A DNA stretch of 26,364 nt. Source: Gammaproteobacteria bacterium (lineage in GTDB: Bacteria; Pseudomonadota; Gammaproteobacteria; Burkholderiales; Burkholderiaceae_C). Positions 1 through 9,107 of this stretch are shown here, piece after piece (the stretch's first letter is position 1; the number at the start of each line of letters is the position of its first letter). A program made the position numbers and the translations under genes. The stretch lies in contig JASGCH010000001.1 of NCBI GenBank assembly GCA_030054245.1, positions 1 to 26,364 on the forward strand. The letters are read 5' to 3'. Below the pieces are notes generated by a model, which saw only the letters and a list, made by a program, of their open reading frames with translations, did not search any database and had not been told where the DNA came from.

Positions 1-60
1 GGAGCATAGCCGCCCCACAAAGCCACCATGAAACTGAAGTTCAAGGCGCAAAACTGCTAT
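1..60 (+). pseudogene. Remnant of a type III res gene start (27-nt leader plus MKLKFKAQN...), truncated after about 11 codons
   Basis: Bases 1-27 match the leader at 3184-3210 at 24/27 positions. The peptide MKLKFKAQNCY resembles the N-terminus of the intact Res ([11 protein letters not shown]). Confidence 0.65.
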
Positions 61-94
61 AAAATAGCGTTAACCCGATTTAAGAGTAAACAAC

Positions 95-1978
95 ATGAAC
101 AAACCAAAGATGCACTCGCCCAACCTCACGCACGACCATATTGCCCGTATTCGCGCATGCTTCCCCAACTGCGTGACCGAAGCCCAAGGCAAAGACGGTC
201 ATGTCAAGCTGGCGGTGGACTTTGACTTGTTGAGGCAGGAGTTGTCGGAATCTATAGTGGAAGGTCCGCAAGAACGCTACCAACTCAATTGGCCCGGTAA
301 ACGCCAGGCCTTGCTGACCGCCAACGCGCCCATTGCCAAGACCCTGCGCCCTTGCCGCGAAGAGAGCGTGGACTTTGACACCACCCAAAACTTGTTCATC
401 GAAGGAGATAACCTCGATGCGCTGAAACTACTGCAAGAAACCTATTTGGGTAAGGTAAAAATGATTTACATCGACCCGCCGTATAATACGGGCAACGATT
501 TTATTTATGAAGACGACTTTGCTGAGGATATGCAAAGCTATCAATTGCGCTCTCATCAAAAAGACGAACAAGGCAAGCGCTTGCAAGTTAATACTGAAAG
601 CAATGGGCGGTTTCATTCGGATTGGTTGAGCATGATGTATTCCCGTTTGAAACTGGCACGAAATCTGTTGCGTGAGGATGGCGTAATTTTTATTTCGATT
701 GACGATCATGAGCAGGCGAACTTAAAGCGCTTGTGTGATGAGGTTTTTGGAGAGGAGAATTTTTTGGCAAATATCGTTTGGCAAAAAAAATATGCAGCAA
801 CCAATGATGCTAAAGGTTTTTCAAACTTACACGACCATATTTTAGTTTTTCAAAAATCAAATAGCTTTGAACGCCGTTTACTACCAAGAACCGAAGAACA
901 AAATAAACCTTACAAAAATGATAATGGTGATGGAAAAGGTTTATGGCGTTCTGATAATTTACTTGTTAAATCATTTTCACAAAGCGGGGTTTATCCAATT
1001 ATAAACCCGAATACAAGAGTTGGGTATTTACCACCAGAAGGCAGTAGCTGGAGAGCAAGTAAAGAAACTATGCAAAAATGGCTAGAAGAAAACCGTATTT
1101 ATTTTGGTAAAGATGGAACAGGTGCACCTCAATTAAAACGATATTTGAATGAAGTGCAGGATGGACGAGTGCCTACAACATGGTGGACATTTGAAGATGC
1201 TGGGCATAATGATGCAGCAAATAAAGAATTGAGTAACTTGTTTAAGTCTAAAACTCCTTTTGATACTCCAAAACCTTCAAGCCTAATCAGGCAAATGTTG
1301 AGAATTTCAACGAAAACCAACGACACTATCCTCGACTTCTTCTCCGGCTCCGCCACCACCGCCCACGCAGTCATGCAGTTAAACGCCGAAGACGGCGGCA
1401 ACCGCAAGTTCATTATGGTACAAATACCCGAACCGTGCGACGAAAAAAGCGAAGCATTTAAGGCAGGTTTCAAAACCATTGCCCAAATAGGCCAAGAACG
1501 CATTCGCCGCGCCGGGCAAAAAATCAAAACTGAATACGCCAACAAAGAGAGTATAGCCAAGCTCGACATCGGTTTTCGCGTCCTCAAAATCGACACCTCG
1601 AATATGGCAGACATTTATTACCGCCCCGACCAAACCCAACAACCAGACCTCATAAACCTTGTGAACAACATCAAGCCCGACCGCACTGCCGAAGACCTGC
1701 TGTTCCAAGTACTGCTCGACTGGGGTGTGGACTTGGCTCTACCCATTGCCCAAGAAACCATCCAAGGCAAAGAAGTGTTCTTGGTGGACGGCAACGCGCT
1801 GGCGGCCTGCTTTGACGCACAAGGCGGGGTTGATGGGCCCTTCGTTAAGGAATTGGCCAAGCGCCAGCCCCTGCGCGCGGTGTTCCGTGACGCGGGCTTT
1901 AAGAACGACGCCACCAAAATCAATGTCGAGCAAATCTTCAAACTGCTGTCACCGGCTACTGAAGTGAAATGTATTTGA
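95..1978 (+). CDS. mod: Type III restriction-modification DNA methyltransferase (Mod subunit)
   Basis: 627-aa ORF with [16 protein letters not shown] (motif IV) and [10 protein letters not shown] (motif I) around a central variable region; lies upstream of res. Confidence 0.95.
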   Translation: MNKPKMHSPNLTHDHIARIRACFPNCVTEAQGKDGHVKLAVDFDLLRQELSESIVEGPQERYQLNWPGKRQALLTANAPIAKTLRPCREESVDFDTTQNLFIEGDNLDALKLLQETYLGKVKMIYIDPPYNTGNDFIYEDDFAEDMQSYQLRSHQKDEQGKRLQVNTESNGRFHSDWLSMMYSRLKLARNLLREDGVIFISIDDHEQANLKRLCDEVFGEENFLANIVWQKKYAATNDAKGFSNLHDHILVFQKSNSFERRLLPRTEEQNKPYKNDNGDGKGLWRSDNLLVKSFSQSGVYPIINPNTRVGYLPPEGSSWRASKETMQKWLEENRIYFGKDGTGAPQLKRYLNEVQDGRVPTTWWTFEDAGHNDAANKELSNLFKSKTPFDTPKPSSLIRQMLRISTKTNDTILDFFSGSATTAHAVMQLNAEDGGNRKFIMVQIPEPCDEKSEAFKAGFKTIAQIGQERIRRAGQKIKTEYANKESIAKLDIGFRVLKIDTSNMADIYYRPDQTQQPDLINLVNNIKPDRTAEDLLFQVLLDWGVDLALPIAQETIQGKEVFLVDGNALAACFDAQGGVDGPFVKELAKRQPLRAVFRDAGFKNDATKINVEQIFKLLSPATEVKCI

Positions 1979-1988
1979 GGGTGCGCAC

Positions 1989-3104
1989 ATGAATCCCTAT
2001 ATTCCCGACGCATTACCGTTGACAGGGCTAGATTATCAAAGGCTGTTCCCTCTGGTGGGGCGGGCAAACGCGACGCTAGCACGCTACGATGGCTTACTGC
2101 AGGGCATCCCCAATCCGGCGGTACTGCTTTCGCCACTGACCACGCAAGAAGCGGTGTTGTCTTCCAAGATTGAGGGCACTCAAGCCACGGTGGACGAGGT
2201 TCTGCAACAAGAAGCTGGGTTGCTACAAGAGGGTGAGAAGTTTCAAGACATTCAGGAAATTGTCAACTACCGCCAAGCCTTGTTTTCTGCCCAAAATTAC
2301 CTGAAGGACTACCCCATTCGCTTGGGGTTGGTGCGTGAACTGCATCGCATTTTGATGAATAGCGTGCGTGGCAAAGACAAGACCCCAGGCGAGTTCCGTA
2401 AAGACCAGAACTGGATTGGCCAGTACGGCTGTACCCTAGAAGAAGCCAGTTTTGTACCCCCTAACCCGTTCCAGCTACCGGATTACCTGCAGGCTTGGGA
2501 GTGTTATGTGGACAGCGATGATGGTGATTTTTTGTTGCAAACCGCCGTGATTCACGCACAGTTTGAGCTACTACATCCATTTAAGGACGGTAACGGCCGC
2601 ATCGGCCGCATCTTGATCCCCTTATTTCTATATCAGAAGCGGGCATTGTCACAACCCATGTTTTATCTATCCGAATACCTAGAGAGTCACCGTGAGGAAT
2701 ATTACCAGCGGCTAAAAGCCATCTCGGCCGAAGGTGACTGGAACGGCTGGATCGCTTTTTTCCTCCAGGCCATCACGACCCAAGCCGAGCAAAATAGTGC
2801 CCGCGTCAAAGCCATTCAGGCGCTTTACGAAGCAATGAAGCTAGCCATCCAAGAGGCCACACACTCCCAGTACACCGTGCATGTGCTCGATGCGATCTTC
2901 ACCAAGCCCATCTTCCGAACCTCGGATCTGACTGCCAAACTTCATAAGGATTTCGGCATCCACGAAAAGACTGCACTCGGACTACTACGGCAGATGAAAA
3001 AGAACGGAATTTTGCGTGAGCTGAAGTCGGGGAGTGGCAGACGCCCAGCCACACTGTGCTTCCCCCGGCTGATCAATACCGCCGAAGGACGGAATGTACT
3101 GTGA
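1989..3104 (+). CDS. Fic-family AMP-transferase with N-terminal inhibitory helix and probable C-terminal HTH
   Basis: Canonical HPFKDGNGRIGR motif; SSKIEG matches the (S/T)xxxE(G/N) inhibitory motif. Confidence 0.93.
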   Translation: MNPYIPDALPLTGLDYQRLFPLVGRANATLARYDGLLQGIPNPAVLLSPLTTQEAVLSSKIEGTQATVDEVLQQEAGLLQEGEKFQDIQEIVNYRQALFSAQNYLKDYPIRLGLVRELHRILMNSVRGKDKTPGEFRKDQNWIGQYGCTLEEASFVPPNPFQLPDYLQAWECYVDSDDGDFLLQTAVIHAQFELLHPFKDGNGRIGRILIPLFLYQKRALSQPMFYLSEYLESHREEYYQRLKAISAEGDWNGWIAFFLQAITTQAEQNSARVKAIQALYEAMKLAIQEATHSQYTVHVLDAIFTKPIFRTSDLTAKLHKDFGIHEKTALGLLRQMKKNGILRELKSGSGRRPATLCFPRLINTAEGRNVL

Positions 3105-3105
3105 A

Positions 3106-3204
3106 CCATTTGTGGAGCGCCCATCAGCCACAAACTGGTTTGTGGAGCCTAAAACTAAATTTAAGCTCCGCAAAACCATTTATGGAGCACAGCCGCTCCA
3201 CAAA
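3106..3204. repeat. Three tandem short palindromes (tttRtggagc...gctccRcaaa)
   Basis: Units at about 3106-3138, 3137-3177 and 3179-3204. The first unit is only partly paired. A partial copy also sits at 1-21. Confidence 0.7.
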
Positions 3205-3227
3205 CCCACCATGAAAAAGACTGAAGT

Positions 3228-3244
3228 AAGACTGTTGCACAACC
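3228..3244 (+). mobile_element. Solo left terminal inverted repeat of the palindromic MITE family, directly upstream of res
   Basis: AAGACTGTTGCACAACC, identical to the left end of the copy at 15095. Confidence 0.85.
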
Positions 3245-3260
3245 CAATGGAAGTAGCAAA

Positions 3261-6200
3261 ATGAAACTCAAATTCAAAACCCAAGACTATCAGACAGCCG
3301 CGGTGCGTGCCGTGGTCAACTGTTTTAAGGGACAAGCTCCCGCGTCCGTGGACGCCATGCGTTACCGCATGGATCCGGGCAGTAACGACAATGTGTTTGT
3401 GGAAATCGGCAGTGGAATCAAAAACGCTGACCTGTCGTTGTGCGAGGCGACTCTGCTCACCAACATCTGCGACATACAACGCACCCAGAACCTGCCATTG
3501 TCCGATCAACTGGTTGAGACCAAGGTCGCCAAAGTCAACCTCGACATCGAGATGGAAACTGGCACCGGCAAAACCTATTGCTATATCAAGACCATTTTCG
3601 AGCTAAACCAGCAGTACGGCTGGAGCAAGTTCATCATCGTCGTACCCAGCATTGCTATTCGCGAGGGTGTGGCCAAGTCGCTCGACATCACTGCGGAACA
3701 TTTCCTAGAGTTTTACCACAAGAGATTGCGTTTTTTCATCTACAACTCTAAACAATTACACCACTTGGAAAGTTTCTCGTCGTCTGCTGGTATCCAGGTC
3801 ATGGTAATCAATGTCCAAGCGTTTAATGCCACTGGTAAGGATGCCCGCCGTATCTACGAAGAGTTAGATGATTTTCAGTCTCGTCGCCCGATTGATGTGA
3901 TCAGCGCTAACCGCCCAATCCTGATCCTTGACGAACCACAAAAAATGGAAGGTACTGCGACCCTGAAGTCCTTAGAAGAATTTAAGGCTTTAATGGTTTT
4001 GCGCTACTCTGCCACACACAAGACCACGCACCACAAGATTTACCGCCTCGATGCACTGGATGCCTACAACCAGAAGCTGGTGAAGAAAATTGCTGTGCGT
4101 GGCATATCGGTAAAAGGGCTAGCCGGAACCAACGCTTACCTTTACCTACAATCCATCGAAATCTCCAGCAAGAAACCGCCCGAGGCGCGTGTGGAGTTTG
4201 AGCAAAAACTAGCGGGCGGCAGAATCAAACGGCTCGTGAGGAAGCTCTCCAAAGGACACAACCTGTTCGACTTGTCAAACCAACTCGATGAATATCGCCA
4301 TGGTTTTGTCGTAGCCGATATCAACGCCAACCTCGACACCCTGAGCTTCACCAATGGTGTTGAGCTGACCGTTGGGGATGCAACCGGTGATGTTACTGAA
4401 GACGCACAGCGCCGTATCCAGATCCGCGAAGCCATTAAGGCACATTTCGACAAGGAACAGATGCTGTTCCCGCAAGGGATTAAGGTCCTGACCCTATTTT
4501 TCATCGACGAAGTGGCTAAGTATCGCGATTACTCTGCAGAAGATGAGAAAGGCGACTATGCGCGGATCTTTGAAGAAGAATACGGACTGTACTTGAACGA
4601 GTTGCTGGGGCAAGATGAAACGCCGTACACCAAGTACCTAAAAGGCATTTCGGCCGACAAGACCCACAGCGGCTATTTTTCCATTGACAAGAAGAACCAG
4701 CGGCTGACTAACCCCAACTTCACGCTACGAGGTGAGAACGCCGGATTCTCCGACGATGTCTCTGCCTACGACCTGATCCTAAAGGACAAGGAACGGCTGT
4801 TATCACTCACCGAGCCAGTGCGTTTTATCTTCTCCCACTCGGCCCTGCGCGAAGGCTGGGACAATCCCAATGTGTTTGTCATCTGCGCACTCAAGCACAG
4901 CGACAACACGATTTCTCGGCGTCAGGAGGTGGGGCGCGGCTTGCGTCTTTGCGTGAATCAAAAGGGTGAGCGCGTGGATCATCCGGCCACGGTGCACGAT
5001 GTGAATGTGCTAACCGTAATCGCCAGTGAGAGTTATAAGGATTTTGTCGCGGCACTGCAAAAGGACATCAGCGATTCGCTGTCGGCGCGACCAAGGGTGG
5101 CAGACGCGACCTACTTCACCGGCAAGGAGCTGGCTACCTCAACTGGGTCACTGGTTGTCACGAAAGAACAGGCGGACGACATTGAGTTCTACCTGATCCA
5201 AAATGGCTATGTTGATAAAAAACGCAACATCACCGAAAAGTACCACCAAGCTAAGAAAGACGGCACACTGGCGGTGTTGCCCGGCGAGTTGGCAGAACAC
5301 CCCGAACAGGTCTTCAAGCTCATCAACAGCGTTTTCAGCGACAGCCAGTTACCCGAAATCAGCGACGACCGTCGCCCCAAAAAGAACCCGATTAACGCTA
5401 ACTTTCACAAGCAGGAGTTTATCGAACTGTGGAATAAGCTCAATCGCAAGGCCGCCTACAGCGTGGACTTTCATTCACCTGAATTGGTCAAGAATGCCAT
5501 CACGGAACTGAATAAGTGCCTGCGCGTAACGCCGTTGCAATATACCATCCAGACAGGCGAACAAGCCGATCAGGTAAGCTATCACCAATTAAAAGGCGGT
5601 GAAGCCTTTGTGCTCAAGGAAACTGAAATAGAAACCAATATACCCTCCATACATTCGGCAGTAAAATACGACCTCATAGGCAAGATCGCTGAAGGGACGG
5701 AGCTCACGCGACGCACCGTAACTGAGATCCTCAAGGGAATCGACCACGCAAAATTTGCACAGTTCCGTAGCAATCCGGAGAGCTTTATGGCCGAGTCTAT
5801 TCGCCTGATCAACGAGCAGAAGGCCACGATGCTCATCGAACACTTGGCCTACGACCCGGTTGAGGACAAATTTGACCTCGACATTTTCACTGACGGGCAA
5901 ACCAAGCAGGACTTCAGCCAAGCCGGTAAAAAGCTCAACCAACACATCTACGACTACGCCATCACGGGCTCCGACATAGAAAGGGATTTTGTAAAGGAAC
6001 TCGACACCAGCACGGAGGTCGTGGTGTACGCCAAATTGCCCCGTGGCTTCCTAATACCCACCCCCGTCGGCGACTACAACCCCGACTGGGCTATCGCGTT
6101 CAAGGAAGGTTTGATCAAGCACATTTATTTCGTGGCTGAAACCAAGGGATCTATGTCGTCCATGGCACTCACGAAGATCGAACATACAAAAATCGAGTGT

Positions 6201-6302
6201 GCGCGCAAGTTCTTCAACGAAATCAACAAGAAATACGCCCCTGAAAATGTCAAGTACGATGTAGTGAATAGCTTCGAAAAACTGATGGAACTGGTGAAAT
6301 GA
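3261..6302 (+). CDS. res: Type III restriction endonuclease (Res subunit)
   Basis: 1013 aa; METGTGKT (Walker A), [13 protein letters not shown] and C-terminal NPDWA...AETKG nuclease motif. Confidence 0.95.
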   Translation: MKLKFKTQDYQTAAVRAVVNCFKGQAPASVDAMRYRMDPGSNDNVFVEIGSGIKNADLSLCEATLLTNICDIQRTQNLPLSDQLVETKVAKVNLDIEMETGTGKTYCYIKTIFELNQQYGWSKFIIVVPSIAIREGVAKSLDITAEHFLEFYHKRLRFFIYNSKQLHHLESFSSSAGIQVMVINVQAFNATGKDARRIYEELDDFQSRRPIDVISANRPILILDEPQKMEGTATLKSLEEFKALMVLRYSATHKTTHHKIYRLDALDAYNQKLVKKIAVRGISVKGLAGTNAYLYLQSIEISSKKPPEARVEFEQKLAGGRIKRLVRKLSKGHNLFDLSNQLDEYRHGFVVADINANLDTLSFTNGVELTVGDATGDVTEDAQRRIQIREAIKAHFDKEQMLFPQGIKVLTLFFIDEVAKYRDYSAEDEKGDYARIFEEEYGLYLNELLGQDETPYTKYLKGISADKTHSGYFSIDKKNQRLTNPNFTLRGENAGFSDDVSAYDLILKDKERLLSLTEPVRFIFSHSALREGWDNPNVFVICALKHSDNTISRRQEVGRGLRLCVNQKGERVDHPATVHDVNVLTVIASESYKDFVAALQKDISDSLSARPRVADATYFTGKELATSTGSLVVTKEQADDIEFYLIQNGYVDKKRNITEKYHQAKKDGTLAVLPGELAEHPEQVFKLINSVFSDSQLPEISDDRRPKKNPINANFHKQEFIELWNKLNRKAAYSVDFHSPELVKNAITELNKCLRVTPLQYTIQTGEQADQVSYHQLKGGEAFVLKETEIETNIPSIHSAVKYDLIGKIAEGTELTRRTVTEILKGIDHAKFAQFRSNPESFMAESIRLINEQKATMLIEHLAYDPVEDKFDLDIFTDGQTKQDFSQAGKKLNQHIYDYAITGSDIERDFVKELDTSTEVVVYAKLPRGFLIPTPVGDYNPDWAIAFKEGLIKHIYFVAETKGSMSSMALTKIEHTKIECARKFFNEINKKYAPENVKYDVVNSFEKLMELVK

Positions 6303-6307
6303 GTATG

Positions 6308-6340
6308 ACCGTGGCACCAGCCCGATGGCGCAACAGTCTT
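6308..6340 (+). mobile_element. Right arm and terminal repeat of the MITE family, 5 bp after the res stop
   Basis: accgtggcaccagcccgatgGCGCAACAGTCTT, near-identical to the right arm of the copy at 6894-7124. Confidence 0.85.
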
Positions 6341-6373
6341 GTCTCAAGGATGACAGCTCACAGAACCAAGATT

Positions 6374-6408
6374 TTTATGTTATAATCTAAATCCGTAATC
6401 CCTTTTTT
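6374..6408 (+). promoter_or_regulatory. Repeated AT-rich motif with an extended -10 box (TGtTATAAT), copy A
   Basis: tttatgttataatctaaatccgtaatccctttttt; a similar copy lies at 8920-8953. Confidence 0.45.
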
Positions 6409-6482
6409 GAGCTTACGCCACCTGGGTGAGCTAGCAACATATAAGGCTGAAGAACGATCGCAACCAGCTTCATTTCCAAAGA
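6409..6482 (+). mobile_element. Truncated internal module of the MITE family
   Basis: ggtgagct...aaggctg...gcaaccagcttcatttccaaaga aligns with 13659-13717 and is interrupted by a terminal repeat at 6483. Confidence 0.65.
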
Positions 6483-6499
6483 AAGACTGTTGCACCATC
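6483..6499 (+). mobile_element. Solo left terminal inverted repeat
   Basis: AAGACTGTTGCACCATC. Confidence 0.85.
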
Positions 6500-6893
6500 A
6501 AGCGACATGCCGATGAGCACCCGCGACCAAAGCAAATCGCAGAGGACTTGCTCAAACTCTGACATCTGGCTAAGCGCTACCCAATCAAAAAAGCCCAGCG
6601 GGAGGCATTATTGAAGCACCTATCGAAGACCGCGAAAGACACAGTCAGAAATTCAATTGACTGCATCGCCGATTATAAGGGCACGCTGAAATGACCCAAT
6701 CTGAACGCACAAATGAGCATCGAAGTACGCCAACTCCGTCCGAACCTACTTGGATGCCGGTTCCGTCGCAGAGGCGATGACCGCGTTAGGTTCCCAGTTC
6801 GAGGGGCTATTGGCTGATTTCGGAAAAGCTGATGGAGACATTTTTTTTAAAGATCCTCCATTCGCACAGCTTGCGGAATTTGCCCAACGCTAT
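6497..6893 (+). pseudogene. Decayed fragments of two unidentified, translationally coupled genes
   Basis: Frame IKRHADEH...YKGTLK* has an internal TGA and overlaps (ATGA) a second start. That second gene frameshifts into KYANSVRTYLDAGS...AQRY and is cut by the element at 6894. Confidence 0.45.
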
Positions 6894-7124
6894 AAGACTG
6901 TTGCCCGGCGGCTGGTGCCGCTCGGTGAGCCGTCATCATTACAAGGCTTCCGCGAATGCCTCCAGCGGAATTTACTCAAATGATCATGGTGGGTGCTCCC
7001 AGTCTCGCATATTGAGTATATGCGAGACTGGGAGCGGAAGCGCAATGGATAGCGCAACGAACGGGGCACATACATAACGCAGTCATTTGGCAACCGCGGC
7101 ACCAGCCGATGGTGCAACAGTCTC
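6894..7124 (+). mobile_element. Long-form (231 bp) palindromic MITE
   Basis: Ends AAGACTGTTGCCC / GTGCAACAGTCTC; central 18-bp hairpin at 6995-7035 with loop TGAGT. Confidence 0.9.
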
Positions 7125-7173
7125 AAATAAGTATGGAGCACACTATTTTTTTTTACATTTAACAGGAATTTTT

Positions 7174-8346
7174 ATGACAATATACCACAGTTTTCAAAAA
7201 CTGAGTTTGCTTCTACTGCTTGGTCTTAGTGTTCAAGTGGGCGCACAAACCCAAGGAGTAGAGAAGGACAGTATTTTGGTAGGCTCCATCCAAGATTTGT
7301 CGGGTCCTGGTGCTAGTTATGGCAAACAAGCACGCTTCGGTATGATGCTACGAGTTGACGAAATCAACGAACAAGGGGGTATCCACGGAAGGAAATTGAT
7401 TCTTAAAGTTGAAGACTCAGGGTACGACCCTAAAAAAGCTTTGTTAGCCGCCCAAAAATTGGTCAATCAGGACAAAATTTTTATCATGTTAGCCCACATA
7501 GGCACCACCACCAATTTGGCGACCATGCCAGTGCAGTTTGAGAAAAATGTCATCAACTTCATGCCACTAGCCGCGGCTAGGCAAATGTACGAACCCTTTC
7601 ATAAATTAAAATTCGCTCTGCTCGCGACTTACTATGATCAGATGCGTGCGGCGGTCCCCGTTTTGGTCAAAGAAAAAAACGCCAAAGTCGTCTGCACCTT
7701 ATACCAAGACGATGAATTTGGCTTAGAAGTAGCCACTGGTGGCGAAGACGGCTTAAAAAAACTCGGCATGACTTACGCTGAAAAAACCACCTACAAACGA
7801 GGTGCTACTGATTTTTCTTCGCAAGTTGCCAAATTAAAATCCAGCCATTGTGATTTTGTGGTGCTAGGTACCATTCTTCGAGAAACCATAGGTACCTTAT
7901 CAGAAGCTAAAAAGATTGGATTTAACCCAGTTTTTCTAGGTAGCAATACATCTTATACCGACCTCATTCACAAATTAGGTGGCAAAACGGTAGAAGGATT
8001 TTACGCGACCATGACCACTCAAAATCCCTATACGGATGATATTTCCGAACCTATTCGCCTTTGGGCTAATAAGTACAAAACCAAGTTTAATGAAGATCCT
8101 AATGTGATTTCTGTGTATGGCTATACCATTATGGATATCTTTGCTTTAGCCACCTCAAAAGTTGGCACCGATTTGACAACCGAAAACTTTATCAAAGCCA
8201 TGGATACGCTCCAAATTCCTAGAGACATTTTTGGTGGTCCTGAGATTTCGTTTGGACCTACCAAACGCTTAGGAAGTGATGAGTCTAGGATTTCGCAAAT
8301 TAAAGACGGGAAATGGGTAGCCGTGTCTAATTACACCAAACCTTGA
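7174..8346 (+). CDS. ABC transporter substrate-binding protein, branched-chain amino acid (LivJ/K-like) family
   Basis: Signal peptide, DLSGP, EINEQGGIHGRK and EDSGYDP motifs. Start placed at the ATG at 7174 after ACAGGA; the ORF-track start at 7087 lies inside the MITE. Confidence 0.88.
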   Translation: MTIYHSFQKLSLLLLLGLSVQVGAQTQGVEKDSILVGSIQDLSGPGASYGKQARFGMMLRVDEINEQGGIHGRKLILKVEDSGYDPKKALLAAQKLVNQDKIFIMLAHIGTTTNLATMPVQFEKNVINFMPLAAARQMYEPFHKLKFALLATYYDQMRAAVPVLVKEKNAKVVCTLYQDDEFGLEVATGGEDGLKKLGMTYAEKTTYKRGATDFSSQVAKLKSSHCDFVVLGTILRETIGTLSEAKKIGFNPVFLGSNTSYTDLIHKLGGKTVEGFYATMTTQNPYTDDISEPIRLWANKYKTKFNEDPNVISVYGYTIMDIFALATSKVGTDLTTENFIKAMDTLQIPRDIFGGPEISFGPTKRLGSDESRISQIKDGKWVAVSNYTKP

Positions 8347-8369
8347 TGGGCGGAACCTTTTATCTCTGA

Positions 8370-8607
8370 AAAACTGTTGCACCGACGGTTGGTGTCGCTC
8401 GGTAAACTGTCATCATTACAAGGCTTCCGCGAATGCCTCCAGCGGAATTTACTCAAATGACCATGGTGGGCGCTCCTGATCTCGCATATACTCAATATGC
8501 GAGATCAGGAGCGGAAGCGCAATGGATAGCGCAACGAACTTAAGCACATACATAACGCAGTAATTTGGCAGTTTAGCCGATGGCGTAGCTGTCGGTGCAA
8601 CAGTCTT
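8370..8607 (+). mobile_element. Long-form (238 bp) palindromic MITE with inverted hairpin loop
   Basis: Ends AAAACTGTTGCAC / GTGCAACAGTCTT; 19-bp hairpin at 8471-8513 with loop ACTCA. Confidence 0.9.
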
Positions 8608-8628
8608 TAGCCTGATAGTTCCCAAGGT

Positions 8629-8668
8629 AAGACTGTTGCACAGCTCGTCTGAGTTGTGCAAAGATCTT
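8629..8668. mobile_element. 40-bp mini derivative of the MITE
   Basis: AAGACTGTTGCACAgctcgtctgagtTGTGCAAAGATCTT forms an imperfect hairpin. Confidence 0.7.
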
Positions 8669-8919
8669 TGTTTGATGATACCACATACGCTTTCTACTAA
8701 ACTGTGCACCTGGAGTGCTTATAAAATTGTAACAGAAAAAAACTCCTAGGTCATTGTTCAATTTGCCCCAGTTTTCCACTCCCACAGTTGGAGGATCATG
8801 GGTTCTAGGTTTTGCGTTTAAATAAGAAATCAGGCCCAGAACGGCACATAGCTCCGGTAGCGGGTGGAGATTTGGGAGGGATCTGCGACTTTGATCTTTT
8901 CCCCGTCCAATCAGGAGTG

Positions 8920-8953
8920 TTTATGCTATAATCAAACTTGTAATTCCCTTTTT
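8920..8953 (+). promoter_or_regulatory. Repeated extended -10 motif (TGcTATAAT), copy B
   Basis: tttatgctataatcaaacttgtaattcccttttt, similar to 6374-6408; lies upstream of the RND operon. Confidence 0.45.
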
Positions 8954-9089
8954 GAGACCATTGCGCCACTGACTGTACTGCCAAATGACTGCCTGATATG
9001 CTTCACCCCGGATGAACACCTAAGTATATTCCGCTGGTTGCGCATAGCCTTGTAATTTGGCAGTTCGCCTGAGGTTGTACAAAGATCTA
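8954..9089 (-). mobile_element. Short-form (136 bp) degenerate MITE
   Basis: Degenerate ends GAGACCATTGCGC / GTACAAAGATCTA; internal modules (caaggct, accagcggaat, gcagtcatttggca) in reverse orientation; TTTTT on both sides. Confidence 0.7.
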
Positions 9090-9107
9090 TTTTTAGCAAC
9101 CTTGTCC

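Noticed and set aside
783-790. A8 tract in mod as a phase-variation switch
   Set aside because: It is short, encodes the ordinary WQKK segment, lies in AT-rich DNA, and the gene is in frame.
80-6555. Short ORFs overlapping mod, fic and res (e.g. 80-388, 1129-1614, 1618-2136, 4142-4504, 5589-5945)
   Set aside because: Shadow ORFs of long, motif-bearing genes with no recognisable motifs of their own.
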